NCBI RefSeq assembly: GCF_009914755.1
Contig: NC_060940.1
Strand: one strand, 5' to 3'
Source: the human T2T-CHM13v2.0 reference genome, Homo sapiens
DNA: 64,000 nucleotides
The translations under genes were made by a program, and so were the position numbers. The notes beneath the pieces were generated by a model, which saw only the letters and a program-made list of their open reading frames with translations, was not told where the DNA came from and ran no database searches. Shown here one piece after another: positions 63,328-64,000 of this stretch. Every line of letters begins with the position of its first letter. The first letter of the stretch is position 1.

Positions 63328-63741
63328 TGCATTAGCTTGCTAGGGCAGCCATAACGAAGTACCACAATCAGAGTGGCTTAAGCAATGGAAACGTATCATC
63401 TCACAGTTCTCAAGGCTCCAAGTCTAAATTCAAGGTGTTGGCAAGGGCCATTTTCTGAAGGCACTGGGGGGTAGTCCATTCCAGGCCTCTCTCCTAACTT
63501 CTGACAGTTCCTTGGCTTGTGGCAACATAACTCCAATCTGTACATGGTATTCTCCATGTATGTCTCTGTCTCTGTGTCCAAATGTGCCATTTTTATAAAG
63601 ACAGATGAATGCCCAACCTAATGACTTCATCTTAACTTGATCATCTGCAAACACCCTATTTCCAAATAAGGTCACAGTCACAGGTACTAGGGGTTAGGGC
63701 CTCAATGACCTTTTTAGGGGACACAATTCAACCCATAATAT
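63328..63741 (-). mobile_element. MLT1B/C-like solo LTR
   Basis: ctagggcagccataac…ggggacacaattcaacccataa. Confidence 0.85.
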
Positions 63742-63824
63742 ATGCTTTCATGTCTAGCACTTTGAGAAATAGAGCTTAATTAATTTATGATCTGCCTTTT
63801 TCCAAAAAGTTCTGACATGGACTA

Positions 63825-64000
<176 letters not shown>

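Overview
Primate (human-type) genomic DNA, almost all intronic. It holds five consecutive + strand coding exons of KATNIP/KIAA0556 (katanin-interacting ciliary protein, Joubert syndrome gene, 16p12.1): 7429-7598, 9833-9930, 27373-27504, 56501-56768 and 60171-60302. All have GT-AG boundaries and splice into one 800-nt open frame (…ILKHLKSKDP…DQERMCS…); exon numbers 4-8 are from memory. The rest is dense in repeats: about 50 Alu copies or fragments, L1, L2, MIR, MaLR/ERV LTRs, hAT/Tigger DNA fossils and micro/minisatellites. Nearly all entries in the supplied ORF track are Alu or low-complexity artefacts. I see no new multi-gene system. Best observations: (1) a hidden in-frame 129-nt cassette exon (33377-33505) missing from both the ORF track and the canonical protein as I recall it; (2) a ~292-bp, ~98% identical non-Alu inverted duplication (1423-1714 / 2675-2967) with template-switch junctions; (3) further local templated duplications; (4) a candidate poison micro-exon from MER96; (5) a MIR-derived minisatellite. 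Repeat subfamily names come from remembered consensus sequences and repeat boundaries are approximate.
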